From the NCBI GenBank assembly GCA_964525495.1, contig CAZGHS010000003.1, positions 52,022-116,021 on the forward strand: a DNA stretch of 64,000 nucleotides, written 5' to 3'. The position numbers were made by a program, and so were the translations under genes. Under the pieces are notes generated by a model. That model saw only the letters and a program-made list of their open reading frames with translations. It ran no database searches and was not told where the DNA came from. Positions 8,613 to 17,749 of the stretch are shown in pieces. The DNA is from an uncultured Gammaproteobacteria bacterium (lineage in GTDB: Bacteria; Patescibacteriota; Microgenomatia; JALYQM01). How positions within the stretch are numbered: the stretch's first letter is position 1; every line of letters starts with the position of its first letter.

Positions 8613-9377
8613 ATGACAACTTCGCGACTTTCTATTATATGGCAGGACGAGCACTTGCTAGTGCTTGATAAGCCTCCTTATATTTCTGTAAATCCATCTG
8701 AGACAGAGAAAGATGAGACTTTAGTCGGTCTTGTTTCCTCTGAACTCGGAATTCCACTCGAGCGAGCTGGAATTATTCATCGACTCGATAAAAACACTTC
8801 GGGTGTGTTGCTGGTAGCTAAAGATCTAGAGACATTAGAGAAAATGCAGGCACAGTTTAAGTCTCGTGAAGTACATAAAGAGTATGTGGCTCTCGTGCAT
8901 GGAAATGTCGATAGCCTTACCGGTACGATCGATGCGCCGATAGATCGCAATCCTGTGAATCGTGAGCGGTTTACTGTAGTGGGGGGTGGACGTGAGTCTG
9001 TGACTGATTTTCGAGTAGAGAAGCGGTTCTCTCTTTCTATGGAACGAATAGAGGAGATGGTTGATGATATGAAGAAGAAGGAGCGTGTGTTTTTTGAGAA
9101 TGAAGCGACGAAATATACTTTTGTTCGCCTTTTTCCTAAGACCGGTAGAACCCATCAAATCCGTGTGCATTTGAAATATATTAATCATCCAATCGTAGGA
9201 GATGAGGTATATGTAGGGCGAAAGCTGGGACGCTTTGACCACAGATGGTGTAAGCGACAGTTTTTGCATGCAGCCAAAATCTCATTTAAACATCCGATAA
9301 CTGATAAAGATATGACTTTTGAGAGCGCGTTGGCTGAAGATTTAGTTACTAGTTTGAATTTCCTCATCTCCAACTAA
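8613..9377 (+). CDS. RluA-family pseudouridine synthase (no S4 domain)
   Basis: HRLDKNTSG, TGRTHQIRVH, FLHA. Confidence 0.93.
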   Translation: MTTSRLSIIWQDEHLLVLDKPPYISVNPSETEKDETLVGLVSSELGIPLERAGIIHRLDKNTSGVLLVAKDLETLEKMQAQFKSREVHKEYVALVHGNVDSLTGTIDAPIDRNPVNRERFTVVGGGRESVTDFRVEKRFSLSMERIEEMVDDMKKKERVFFENEATKYTFVRLFPKTGRTHQIRVHLKYINHPIVGDEVYVGRKLGRFDHRWCKRQFLHAAKISFKHPITDKDMTFESALAEDLVTSLNFLISN

Positions 9378-9412
9378 TATAAGCTTTCAAATATTTCTTA
9401 ATTTTCCTTAGT

Positions 9413-10984
9413 ATGGCTAAAACACCTGAGTTTACAAGACAACATGTATCAAGAAGGGCATGGCTGATAGCAGTGGCCGGTGGTAGTGTCGCGACTTTAG
9501 CTAGTGCTTGTGGTTTTCCAGTAGAAGTGCAACCGACGATTGCGGTGCCTACCGTAACCTTTGAACCTACAATCCCACCTACTTTAGCAGCAGAGCCTTC
9601 TCTATCTCCCACGATTGCAGTGGAGCCAACTTTACCAGCTTTGCCTACCCACCCGCCCGCGACAGCAGAGCCTACAGTAATTTCTACTGCTGTCTCTAAA
9701 CCACAAGCTGATTTTGTTTTGTCTCTTAACCCAGCAGAGCAATTGGGTAATATTGATCGGGATATGATCGGATTTGGTTTGGATAAGCGACTGGATTGGC
9801 TTAATAATGATTTACTGCCTCGAGCAATTCGTGATACACGAGCAGGTATTGTACGGTTTGGTTCAGCACAGAATGCTTTGTGGAATCTAGCTCCACGGGA
9901 GCAACCTAAGAATGTTGGGGTAATTATTGAGCATACTTTAGCTTTGGGAAGACGTATAAGAGAATCTGGTGCAAAGCCACTTTGTATTATCACGGGATAT
10001 CCCGATGGATTTAGAGAAACAGATTGGGTGCGTTATGGAAGAGAATTTGTTGCTCCTTTGATTAGAAGATGTGCTGAGGAAGGCGTGGTGTTGGATTTTG
10101 AGCTTTGGAACGAGTCAGATATAGAGACTGATGACGGAAAATTTGCTGCACTATCTACAGAAGACTATCGGGCATTAGCAAAAACAGTCGTGCCTATGAT
10201 GCGAGAAGCCAATCCTCATTCAGTCATTTATGGTCCTGCAGCGCCTCATAAAGATAGTCATTTGATTCCTCTAGGACTACAAGAAAAGTTGTTTGATGTC
10301 ATGACTCATCATAACTATGCGCCTCCAGTAACAGCACAGAATATGGACAGTCTGATCGAATATGCTCGTCAGAATTATCAACGGGATTTGGGAAATAAAA
10401 TAGCCATGCATCCACGTTGGGGAATTACTGAATATAATGCCTCTCCAACCTATGATTTTGGTCCGTTTCAGAACCCTGATGCCCGAACAGAGCAATATGC
10501 GGGTATGTATTATATGTTGGCTTCGTATTTTGGATGGAGCGTCGCGGCTGAGTGTATGATTATTTATGCTCTGGATGAAGCCGGCGCCTCACCTGTGCAA
10601 GCACTAGCTCCTAAGGGAATCTATCGCCGAAGAGTGGATGCTTTGAAGGTATTAGGGCAGAATGTCGGGTCGACTTTTATTAAGACTATTGAAGGCCGTG
10701 CCGTAGATATTCATCCCCAGAACTCGAATTTGCAGTACATCTCGAGTATTGATGCGACAGGAGATAATGCTCAAATTGTAATCATGAATACGCATCTTGA
10801 ACGGCAGGTTTCTCTAGGAATTGATGTCGTAGGTCAAACTCCAGCCGAGGCTCAAGTGTCTTATTTTAGCCAGAGTAGAGCATATGCTATGGAAAATGTA
10901 CAGGCTCCAGGTGGTCGAGTGCCAATTAGTCTGGAAGGTCTTAGTGCTGTCGGAGTGACTATACCTGTACGTAGGATTGCCTGA
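9413..10984 (+). CDS. Putative Tat-type lipoprotein with a clan GH-A (GH39-like) glycoside hydrolase domain
   Basis: SRRAWL twin-Arg, LASAC lipobox, Pro/Thr linker, FELWNE acid/base motif, ITEYN nucleophile motif. Confidence 0.65.
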   Translation: MAKTPEFTRQHVSRRAWLIAVAGGSVATLASACGFPVEVQPTIAVPTVTFEPTIPPTLAAEPSLSPTIAVEPTLPALPTHPPATAEPTVISTAVSKPQADFVLSLNPAEQLGNIDRDMIGFGLDKRLDWLNNDLLPRAIRDTRAGIVRFGSAQNALWNLAPREQPKNVGVIIEHTLALGRRIRESGAKPLCIITGYPDGFRETDWVRYGREFVAPLIRRCAEEGVVLDFELWNESDIETDDGKFAALSTEDYRALAKTVVPMMREANPHSVIYGPAAPHKDSHLIPLGLQEKLFDVMTHHNYAPPVTAQNMDSLIEYARQNYQRDLGNKIAMHPRWGITEYNASPTYDFGPFQNPDARTEQYAGMYYMLASYFGWSVAAECMIIYALDEAGASPVQALAPKGIYRRRVDALKVLGQNVGSTFIKTIEGRAVDIHPQNSNLQYISSIDATGDNAQIVIMNTHLERQVSLGIDVVGQTPAEAQVSYFSQSRAYAMENVQAPGGRVPISLEGLSAVGVTIPVRRIA

Positions 10985-11098
10985 TTGGCTTCGTTACTGT
11001 ATAATTCCCCAAGTATTTAATTATTACGCACACTTATCGTGAATCCTTGTTTAAGCTGTTGCTTAAATCAGATAAGTGGAGGTTGAAAGGAGTTCAAT
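10977..11098 (+). promoter_or_regulatory. rpsB promoter (TTGCCT-N17-TATAAT) and rpsB leader RNA
   Basis: CACTTATC (11031-38) pairs with GATAAGTG (11071-78), followed by GAGG; inner hairpin TTTAAGC-TGTT-GCTTAAA; resembles the CACAC...GUGGAGG S2 autoregulatory leader. Confidence 0.7.
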
Positions 11099-11887
11099 AT
11101 GTCAACCCAACAGGATATCTCAATGCGCGAACTTTTAGAGGCAGGCGCGCACTTCGGTCACCAGTCACGTCGATGGAATCCGAAGATGAAGCCTTATATT
11201 TATCAATCCCGCGATAACATCCATGTCATCGATTTGGCACAGACCGCTCAAGGTTTGCAGGAAGCTTGCGATTATATTCGCGACTTGATCGCTGCTGGCG
11301 GAAATGTGTTGTTTGTTGGTACAAAGCGACAAGCAAAAGAGCTTCTTAAAGAGCATGCTAAGGCTGCTGGAATGCCTTTTGTTGTAGAACGATGGGTAGG
11401 TGGAATGCTTACGAACTGGGATACAATTCAGAAAAATATTGGTCGATACAAGACTTACAAGCGACAGTTTGAAACAGGTGAACTTGCTCAGTATACTAAG
11501 AAAGAACAGTCATTAATTGCAAAAGAAACAGAACGACTTGAAAAGGTTTATGAAGGTCTTGTCGATATTGATAAGATTCCTGACGTTCTTTTTGTTGTTG
11601 ATGTTCGTAAAGAAAAAATTGCTGTAAAGGAAGCTAAGCGTCGTGGAATCCCAATCATCGGTGTTTGCGATACTAACTGTGATCCTACTATGGTAGACAT
11701 TGTTATTCCAGCAAATGATGATGCTTTGAAGGCTATAGAGTATATCGTTACTCGAGTAACTTCAGCTGCAGCAGCTGGTCGAGCTAAAGTCGGTACAGTT
11801 AAGAAAGACGAAGAAGAAGCAACTGATGATAAAGATGCTAAGCCAAAGCGAAAAGTTAAAGCAAAGAAAGATGGCGAAGAGAAGTAA
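11099..11887 (+). CDS. rpsB: 30S ribosomal protein S2
   Basis: LLEAGAHFGHQ, WNPKM, DTNCDP, IPANDD. Confidence 0.98.
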   Translation: MSTQQDISMRELLEAGAHFGHQSRRWNPKMKPYIYQSRDNIHVIDLAQTAQGLQEACDYIRDLIAAGGNVLFVGTKRQAKELLKEHAKAAGMPFVVERWVGGMLTNWDTIQKNIGRYKTYKRQFETGELAQYTKKEQSLIAKETERLEKVYEGLVDIDKIPDVLFVVDVRKEKIAVKEAKRRGIPIIGVCDTNCDPTMVDIVIPANDDALKAIEYIVTRVTSAAAAGRAKVGTVKKDEEEATDDKDAKPKRKVKAKKDGEEK

Positions 11888-11890
11888 TTG

Positions 11891-11977
11891 ATTTAATTGC
11901 CGCTGCAGTGCACATTTTTGTAGTGATTGTCCCTCTGGACTTAACGAAAAAAATGTGCACAAAATAGGCAATTAAAT
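11891..11977 (-). repeat. Dispersed hairpin element family A, copy 2 (inverted)
   Basis: Reverse complement of the 4502-4587 core; outer stem ATTTAATTGCC/GGCAATTAAAT. Confidence 0.92.
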
Positions 11978-12012
11978 AGAAAGATAATATCGTTTGAAAA
12001 CAAGGAGATTTT

Positions 12013-12471
12013 ATGGCAGTTACGGCTGAAATGGTTAAAGAGCTTCGAGAAAAAACTGGAGCTGGAATTATGAACTGTCGTCGTGCTTTGGATAAAGCAG
12101 AAGGCGATATGAAAAAGGCAGAAGAGATATTACTCGCAGAGGGTATTGAGAAGGCAGATAAGAAATCTGACCGCGAAACTGGTGCTGGTTCAGTATTTAG
12201 TTATATTCACGGTCCAGGTAAAGTTGGAGTTTTGGTTGAAATCGCTTGTGAAACTGATTTCGTTGCTAAGACAGAAGCTTTTCAGTCACTTGGTCGTGAA
12301 GTAGGAATGCAGATCTCTGCTATGAATCCTGCTGACGTTGCAGAATTGCTCGCTCAAGTTTATATTAGAGATAGTAAATTAACTATCCAAGAATTGGTAA
12401 AGTCAAAGATTGCTGGTCTTGGAGAGAATATTGTTATTCGCCGATTTATTCGTTACGAATTGGGTGCTTAA
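12013..12471 (+). CDS. tsf: Elongation factor Ts (short form)
   Basis: VKELREKTGAG, CETDFVAK; 152 aa. Confidence 0.95.
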   Translation: MAVTAEMVKELREKTGAGIMNCRRALDKAEGDMKKAEEILLAEGIEKADKKSDRETGAGSVFSYIHGPGKVGVLVEIACETDFVAKTEAFQSLGREVGMQISAMNPADVAELLAQVYIRDSKLTIQELVKSKIAGLGENIVIRRFIRYELGA

Positions 12472-12482
12472 AGGAGCATGTT

Positions 12483-13025
12483 ATGGATCTTGATTCTTCG
12501 ATGCAAAAATGTGTAGATGCGCTAAAAATTGAATTGCAGAGCGTAAGAACAGGACGTGCTACTCCGGCAATAGTCGAGAATATAATGGTTGAAGTGTACG
12601 GCACAAATATGCGCGTTATGGAATTGGCTACAATTTTAGCTGCTGACGCGCATACGATCACTATTCAGCCATGGGACATGGGTAATTTAACTCCTATCCG
12701 AAAAGGTATTGAAGAGGCGAATGTTGGTTTGAATCCACAGATTGATGCATCGAATATTATTCGTATTGCGATTCCACCACTTAATGAAGAGCGACGAAAA
12801 GAACTCGTGAAGCGAGTAAAACAGATTGTCGAAGATTTTAAGGTGAAATTAAGAATGACACGGCAAGATGCTGTTAAGGACATTGAGAAAATGGAAAAAG
12901 ATAAGGAAATCTCAGAGGATGAAGCGAAGCGACAGAAAGAAAAAGTGCAGAAGACAACTGACACATATTCTGCTAAGATAGATGAAATTGGCAGCGGCAA
13001 AGAAGCTGATTTAATGAAAGTTTAA
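12483..13025 (+). CDS. frr: Ribosome recycling factor
   Basis: RTGRA, PPLNEERRKELVK. Confidence 0.96.
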   Translation: MDLDSSMQKCVDALKIELQSVRTGRATPAIVENIMVEVYGTNMRVMELATILAADAHTITIQPWDMGNLTPIRKGIEEANVGLNPQIDASNIIRIAIPPLNEERRKELVKRVKQIVEDFKVKLRMTRQDAVKDIEKMEKDKEISEDEAKRQKEKVQKTTDTYSAKIDEIGSGKEADLMKV

Positions 13026-13028
13026 TTC

Positions 13029-14132
13029 ATGGACATACTTATCTTTATTTTTATCCTCCTCGGGCTTGTGATTGTTCACGAGTGGGGACACTATATTGCT
13101 GCTAAAAAGAGCGGTGTTCGCGTTGAAGAGTTTGGTTTTGGTATTCCTCCACGAGTGTTTGGTAAAAAATTTGGTCCAGAACCTAAGCCAGGTGAAGAGG
13201 ATGATCGTACGCTTTTTTCCTTAAACTTGCTTCCTATTGGTGGATTTGTTCGTATGACAGGAGAAGATTCTGTCTATAATGACGAGCGAGATCCTAAGAA
13301 TTTTCAAAATGCAAAGCTTATAAATCGAATGGTGATCGTGTTGGCTGGCGTATTCATGAACTTTATTGTGGGTATTGGGCTGTTTGCAATCGTATATTCG
13401 TATACTGGCATTCCTGATAACCCTCCAGTGATTGATGTGCTTGTTGAGAACGTTGCAGAGAATTCACCTGCTAAAACTGTTGGTCTTCAATCGAAAGATC
13501 GAATTGTGTCTATTAATGACATGCAGGTAAAAAGTTCTGACGCGTTGGTTAAAGTTGTAGGCGAGAATTTGGATAAAGAAGTAAATCTGGTAGTGATGCG
13601 TGGTGCGCGTGAAATAAATGTTACTGTAGTTCCGCGTAGTAATCCTCCTGAAGGGCAGGGAGCTCTCGGAGTAGAGTTGGGACAAGATGTGCGGACTACG
13701 TTCTATCCTTGGTATGTAATGCCGTTCCACGGAATTGCAGCGGGTATGCGGGATACTGCGGAAATGGCTAAGCAGATAGTTCCTGCGTTGTCTAATTTGG
13801 TGGGAACAATAGTTATGCAGCAGAAAGTGCCTGAAGATGTGTCAGGTCCTGTGGGGATAGCTCGTGCGTCTTCAATGTTCTGTGGCGGTGGAATACTTCC
13901 TTGTTTGCAGTTTGCTGGTTTGTTGTCTGTTAACTTAGCAATATTTAATTTGCTTCCGATCCCAGCGCTTGATGGTGGACGATTGATGTTTATGATCTAT
14001 GAGGCTATTACACGACGACGTGCGAGTGCGAAGCTTGAGCAGTGGGCTCATACTATCGGGTTTGTGTTGTTATTGCTTTTGATTGTTCTTGTGACGTACA
14101 AGGATATCTTCTTTGGGACTGCGTTTAAGTAA
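13029..14132 (+). CDS. rseP: RseP-like M50 intramembrane metalloprotease with PDZ domain
   Basis: HEWGH, NLLPIPALDGG, central PDZ. Confidence 0.93.
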   Translation: MDILIFIFILLGLVIVHEWGHYIAAKKSGVRVEEFGFGIPPRVFGKKFGPEPKPGEEDDRTLFSLNLLPIGGFVRMTGEDSVYNDERDPKNFQNAKLINRMVIVLAGVFMNFIVGIGLFAIVYSYTGIPDNPPVIDVLVENVAENSPAKTVGLQSKDRIVSINDMQVKSSDALVKVVGENLDKEVNLVVMRGAREINVTVVPRSNPPEGQGALGVELGQDVRTTFYPWYVMPFHGIAAGMRDTAEMAKQIVPALSNLVGTIVMQQKVPEDVSGPVGIARASSMFCGGGILPCLQFAGLLSVNLAIFNLLPIPALDGGRLMFMIYEAITRRRASAKLEQWAHTIGFVLLLLLIVLVTYKDIFFGTAFK

Positions 14133-14142
14133 CTTGTTGGTC

Positions 14143-14291
14143 CAATGTCTCGAACATTCTTTTTTCTTATTCGAACAAGTTCATGACATTACTTTCATAG
14201 AGAGATTTATCTGCGCTATTCATTCCTTTCCCTTATTGTTTTGCTAGGACGGAAGTTCTCATTGCGAAAGAAAGAAAATTCTTCGCCATTG
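14143..14291. repeat. Dispersed hairpin element family B, copy 2
   Basis: Same orientation as 819-962; conserved arms, divergent centre, outer stem CAATGTC/GCCATTG. Confidence 0.85.
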
Positions 14292-14367
14292 CATAGCCTA
14301 AAATATTCACTGTAGAAAAATACATTGATCGCTCCATAGTAAGAATATACTTCGATATTACTTCTAA

Positions 14368-16920
14368 CTAAATCTGTATTGTTTCTCCTGGTTGGATTTT
14401 GTTCTCGAGCATTTGGCGGGCGAGGTTTGATTCAATAGTATCTTGGAGTACACGTTGGAGTGGACGTGCACCAAGCTCAGGGTTGTATCCTTTTTTAATT
14501 ACTTGATCGATAGTCTGTGGAGAGAATGTAACCGTGATTTTTTGTTCGTTGTACAGTTGCTTGGCAATTTGAGTGAGTTCTATATCCACAATTTTTCTGA
14601 GTAACCCTGGAGTGAGTGGTTTGAAAATAATGATATCGTCGAAGCGGTTTAGGAATTCGACGCGGAAATATTTATCCAGAATGTGGTAGATTTCTTTATT
14701 TACCTGCTCGTAACTATCTGGTGACGCATTCTTTTGGAACAAATCTGTGATAGTTTGCGTGCCTGCATTGCTGGTCGCGATGAAGATCGCCTCGTTGCAG
14801 TGAACGGTGCTGCCATATGCGTCGGTAAGTCGCCCGTCGTCCAGCACTTGGAGGAAAATATCTAAGATTTGTGGGTGAGCTTTTTCTAATTCGTCGAGTA
14901 ACACTAATGAGAATGGTTGACGTTTAAGTTGTTCTGTAAGTGTGAGATAAGATGTGTTTGAGCTGGCTGATCCGATAAGACGTTCAATACTTTGTTGGTT
15001 TTGGAATTCGCTCATGTCGAGACGAATCATGCGGGCTTCATCGCCATAATATTCTTCAGCTAAGACTTTAGCCATTTTTGTTTTGCCGACACCTGTCGGT
15101 CCGACGAAAAGGAATGAACCGATTGGCTTGTTTTTATTTCTCAACCCCATGCGATTGCGGCGGAGAATTTCAGCAACGGCACTAACTGCTTCTGTTTGAC
15201 CAACTATCTTTTGTGAGAACGCGTCTTCGAGATGTAATAGCTTATTTGCTTCGGATTCTTCAGTATCACCGACTTTGATATTGAGTTTTTTGGAGACTAC
15301 TTCGTTTATAAGTGGTTCGAGGATTGGTGTACGATTCCCGTAAATGGTGTTCCAATGTGTATTTGTGCGAAGAGTACGTGATGCCGCTACAATGTCTTCG
15401 AGCAAGCGTAGGCCTTTTTGAGGAAAATTATCATCAAACACATATTCTTTGGCGTAGTTATATATTTTTTCAATGATAGGGTAGGGAAGGTATATTGGAC
15501 TTTTGGTTTCATACTCTAGAGCTTCATTGAAAAGTATTGAAGTGGTTTCATTGTAGGTGGGTTCTCCGACATGAACTATCGTAAATTCTTTAGTAAAGGC
15601 TGCGTTTTTGTCCTCGATTTGTTTAAACTGTTGAGGAGTTAACGATCCTATCAGGTGTAACTTGTTGCGTGATAGAGGCTCTTGGAGGATGGAAAAGAGA
15701 CTAAGCGTGCCTGCAGCAGTGATTTCGAGGGCACTTTTAAAATCATTCAGATAGACTACTATGTTTCCGCTGCGATTGATCTCACTGATGATATTTTCGA
15801 TGCGCTGCTCGAATGCGCCTTTTTCAGTTGCTCCGGCATATAATCTACCGATATCTAGTTGGACTATGCGTTTGCTCCAAAGAAATCCCTTGATGTCTCC
15901 TTTATTAATTCCCTGCGCTATTTCTTCTACGAGTGTGTCTTTGCCAACTCCGATATCTCCGACCATGAGAACACTTGCAGACATGTTTTTTTGAAGACCC
16001 TGTTCGATCTCAGAAACTAGCTCGTGTCTGATGACCCGCTTCGTATTTTGCATAGAAATAGCAGATAGATCACGGCTGAATTGGTTTAATACTGGTGTAA
16101 CTGTGCCTTGCCATGTGACGTTAGTGCCGCCACTTGTATGGAGTAAGTAGTCTTCGTCCCACAGATTAGGATAGTGGTGAAGCAGATATTCATATTCATC
16201 CCAGTTAATATATTTTTTGAAGTACTCAAGATCGGTTTTGTTTTTTAATAAAAGTGTCTGCAAATCCGATTCACGGGCAAGTAGGTGCGCTAGTAAGACG
16301 TGGATTGGGCGTATTTGTCGAAGGTGATAGGTGTCACTGAGAGATCGAAGTTGTTGCTCTATTGCGACGACACTTGCCTGCGTAAGCATGAGTTCCGTAA
16401 TCTGAGGTTCGGTAAGTAATGTACGTTGGAGGAAATGCTTTGTGGAACTAGTATGAATTAAGCGGTTGATATATTCAGCATCTGGTTGTGAATTTAAGAA
16501 GAAGCGTGCTTCCTGTATAGCAAAGAGGGCAAGATCTTGTGTTGGATATTTGTGAGGATATAGCTTGGTTGGTTCTTTGCGTGTGTAGAGGAAATAGTAG
16601 GCGATTGCGAGAATCGGAATGACGAGTACTATTGGCTCTACTATCCACGCGGCAAGGGATAAAAACCAAGCGAGTGGAATTGCTAATAATAAAATGGATG
16701 CAGTGCTGAGGACTGATACTCCAATAATGATCACAATTGTGCGCGCGATAAAGCTCATGATACGGCCAAAATACGATTTATCGCCAAAAATTGGTGCAAA
16801 GAAGAATCTAATATTTACTCCGAGGCCTATGAGATCTTCAAGAATACGGAGAACATGCCAGATAAAATATAGCTGTGCCTTTGGAGCACGGAAGAAGTAC
16901 CAGCTGAGGAAATCAATCAT
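14368..16920 (-). CDS. ClpA/ClpB-like AAA+ ATPase with N-terminal membrane segments
   Basis: NBD2 GSFLFVGPTGVGKT, RLDMSEF, LLDELEKAH, GARPL; degenerate NBD1 GDIGVGKD; hydrophobic N-terminus. Confidence 0.9.
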   Translation of the reverse strand: MIDFLSWYFFRAPKAQLYFIWHVLRILEDLIGLGVNIRFFFAPIFGDKSYFGRIMSFIARTIVIIIGVSVLSTASILLLAIPLAWFLSLAAWIVEPIVLVIPILAIAYYFLYTRKEPTKLYPHKYPTQDLALFAIQEARFFLNSQPDAEYINRLIHTSSTKHFLQRTLLTEPQITELMLTQASVVAIEQQLRSLSDTYHLRQIRPIHVLLAHLLARESDLQTLLLKNKTDLEYFKKYINWDEYEYLLHHYPNLWDEDYLLHTSGGTNVTWQGTVTPVLNQFSRDLSAISMQNTKRVIRHELVSEIEQGLQKNMSASVLMVGDIGVGKDTLVEEIAQGINKGDIKGFLWSKRIVQLDIGRLYAGATEKGAFEQRIENIISEINRSGNIVVYLNDFKSALEITAAGTLSLFSILQEPLSRNKLHLIGSLTPQQFKQIEDKNAAFTKEFTIVHVGEPTYNETTSILFNEALEYETKSPIYLPYPIIEKIYNYAKEYVFDDNFPQKGLRLLEDIVAASRTLRTNTHWNTIYGNRTPILEPLINEVVSKKLNIKVGDTEESEANKLLHLEDAFSQKIVGQTEAVSAVAEILRRNRMGLRNKNKPIGSFLFVGPTGVGKTKMAKVLAEEYYGDEARMIRLDMSEFQNQQSIERLIGSASSNTSYLTLTEQLKRQPFSLVLLDELEKAHPQILDIFLQVLDDGRLTDAYGSTVHCNEAIFIATSNAGTQTITDLFQKNASPDSYEQVNKEIYHILDKYFRVEFLNRFDDIIIFKPLTPGLLRKIVDIELTQIAKQLYNEQKITVTFSPQTIDQVIKKGYNPELGARPLQRVLQDTIESNLARQMLENKIQPGETIQI

Positions 16921-16991
16921 GCAATTAGTGTAGTATGTTTTAGAACTTGAGTAAACAAAGTGTTGTTTGATATACTTATGATCAGTTAATC

Positions 16992-17065
16992 GGATTCTTA
17001 GCTCAGTTGGTTAGAGCGCCACATTGACATTGTGGAGGTCAGAGGTTCGAGTCCTCTAGGATCCA
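16992..17065 (+). tRNA. tRNA-Val(GAC)
   Basis: GGATTCT acceptor, TAGCTCAGTTGGTTAGAGC, CCACA-TTGACAT-TGTGG, GGTTCGAGTCC. Confidence 0.96.
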
Positions 17066-17072
17066 CTTTATT

Positions 17073-17303
17073 ATGACAAGAAAAGATATTTATTGTAATC
17101 CTCCGGAGCTCCCTGTTGAAGAAATTAAGTGCGATGCTTTAACGTCTACTCCTACTAGTCGTAGTTATTGCCGTTTTGGCGAAGGAGGACAGTGGGGTGT
17201 TTGTGCGGTTCTTTCAGCACAACTAGGAAAGCGTGACCTTCAATTGAAAGCAGGAACGAAGTGTACCCTTGCTGACTTACTAAGTACTCGACGCATTCGT
17301 TGA
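17073..17303 (+). CDS. Small Cys-rich hypothetical protein
   Basis: 76 aa with 5 Cys, directly after tRNA-Val. Confidence 0.45.
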   Translation: MTRKDIYCNPPELPVEEIKCDALTSTPTSRSYCRFGEGGQWGVCAVLSAQLGKRDLQLKAGTKCTLADLLSTRRIR

Positions 17304-17386
17304 TGCTGCTTTTACTGGAACAGTTTGTCAATTATTTTGACTATTTTGTCATGTACTTTTTTACGGTTCTTATATAAATTTATATT

Positions 17387-17749
17387 ATGAATGACGGTGA
17401 TTTTAAACGTATTGAAGATATGATGGTACGAGTTGTGACAGATGCTACAATACCAATATATAAGCGTCTTGATAGACATGAAAATTTGCTACATGGCCAT
17501 GATAAAAAATTTGATAATATTAAAGCAAAATTGGACCATATATCAAAAGTTGTTGATGAGCATAGCGAAGCTATAGTTGAATTAGATGCTAAAGTTACTG
17601 ACCTTCAAGGGGATATAGTTATTGTTAAAGATGACGTAAAAAGCATAAAAAGTCATTTAGAAGTGTCGGATAAGCGCGTCCAGCGGATTGAAGAGTCATT
17701 TAGTGTATTGAAAGAAAAAGATAATAAAGGGTATAATCCAACTACTTAA
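17387..17749 (+). CDS. Coiled-coil hypothetical protein
   Basis: Heptad pattern through most of the 120 aa. Confidence 0.65.
   Translation: MNDGDFKRIEDMMVRVVTDATIPIYKRLDRHENLLHGHDKKFDNIKAKLDHISKVVDEHSEAIVELDAKVTDLQGDIVIVKDDVKSIKSHLEVSDKRVQRIEESFSVLKEKDNKGYNPTT
17708..17737 (+). promoter_or_regulatory. Promoter TTGAAA-N18-TATAAT for the thrS leader
   Basis: Near-consensus boxes inside the 3' end of the upstream ORF, just before the T-box leader. Confidence 0.65.

Noticed and set aside
819-14367. Repeat families A and B as CRISPR repeats or integron attC sites
   Set aside because: Not in tandem arrays, no cas or intI gene, and no convincing RYYYAAC...GTTRRRY ends
16992-17749. Integrated island at tRNA-Val or tRNA-Leu
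   Set aside because: No duplicated tRNA 3' end and no adjacent integrase seen; only one or two small ORFs
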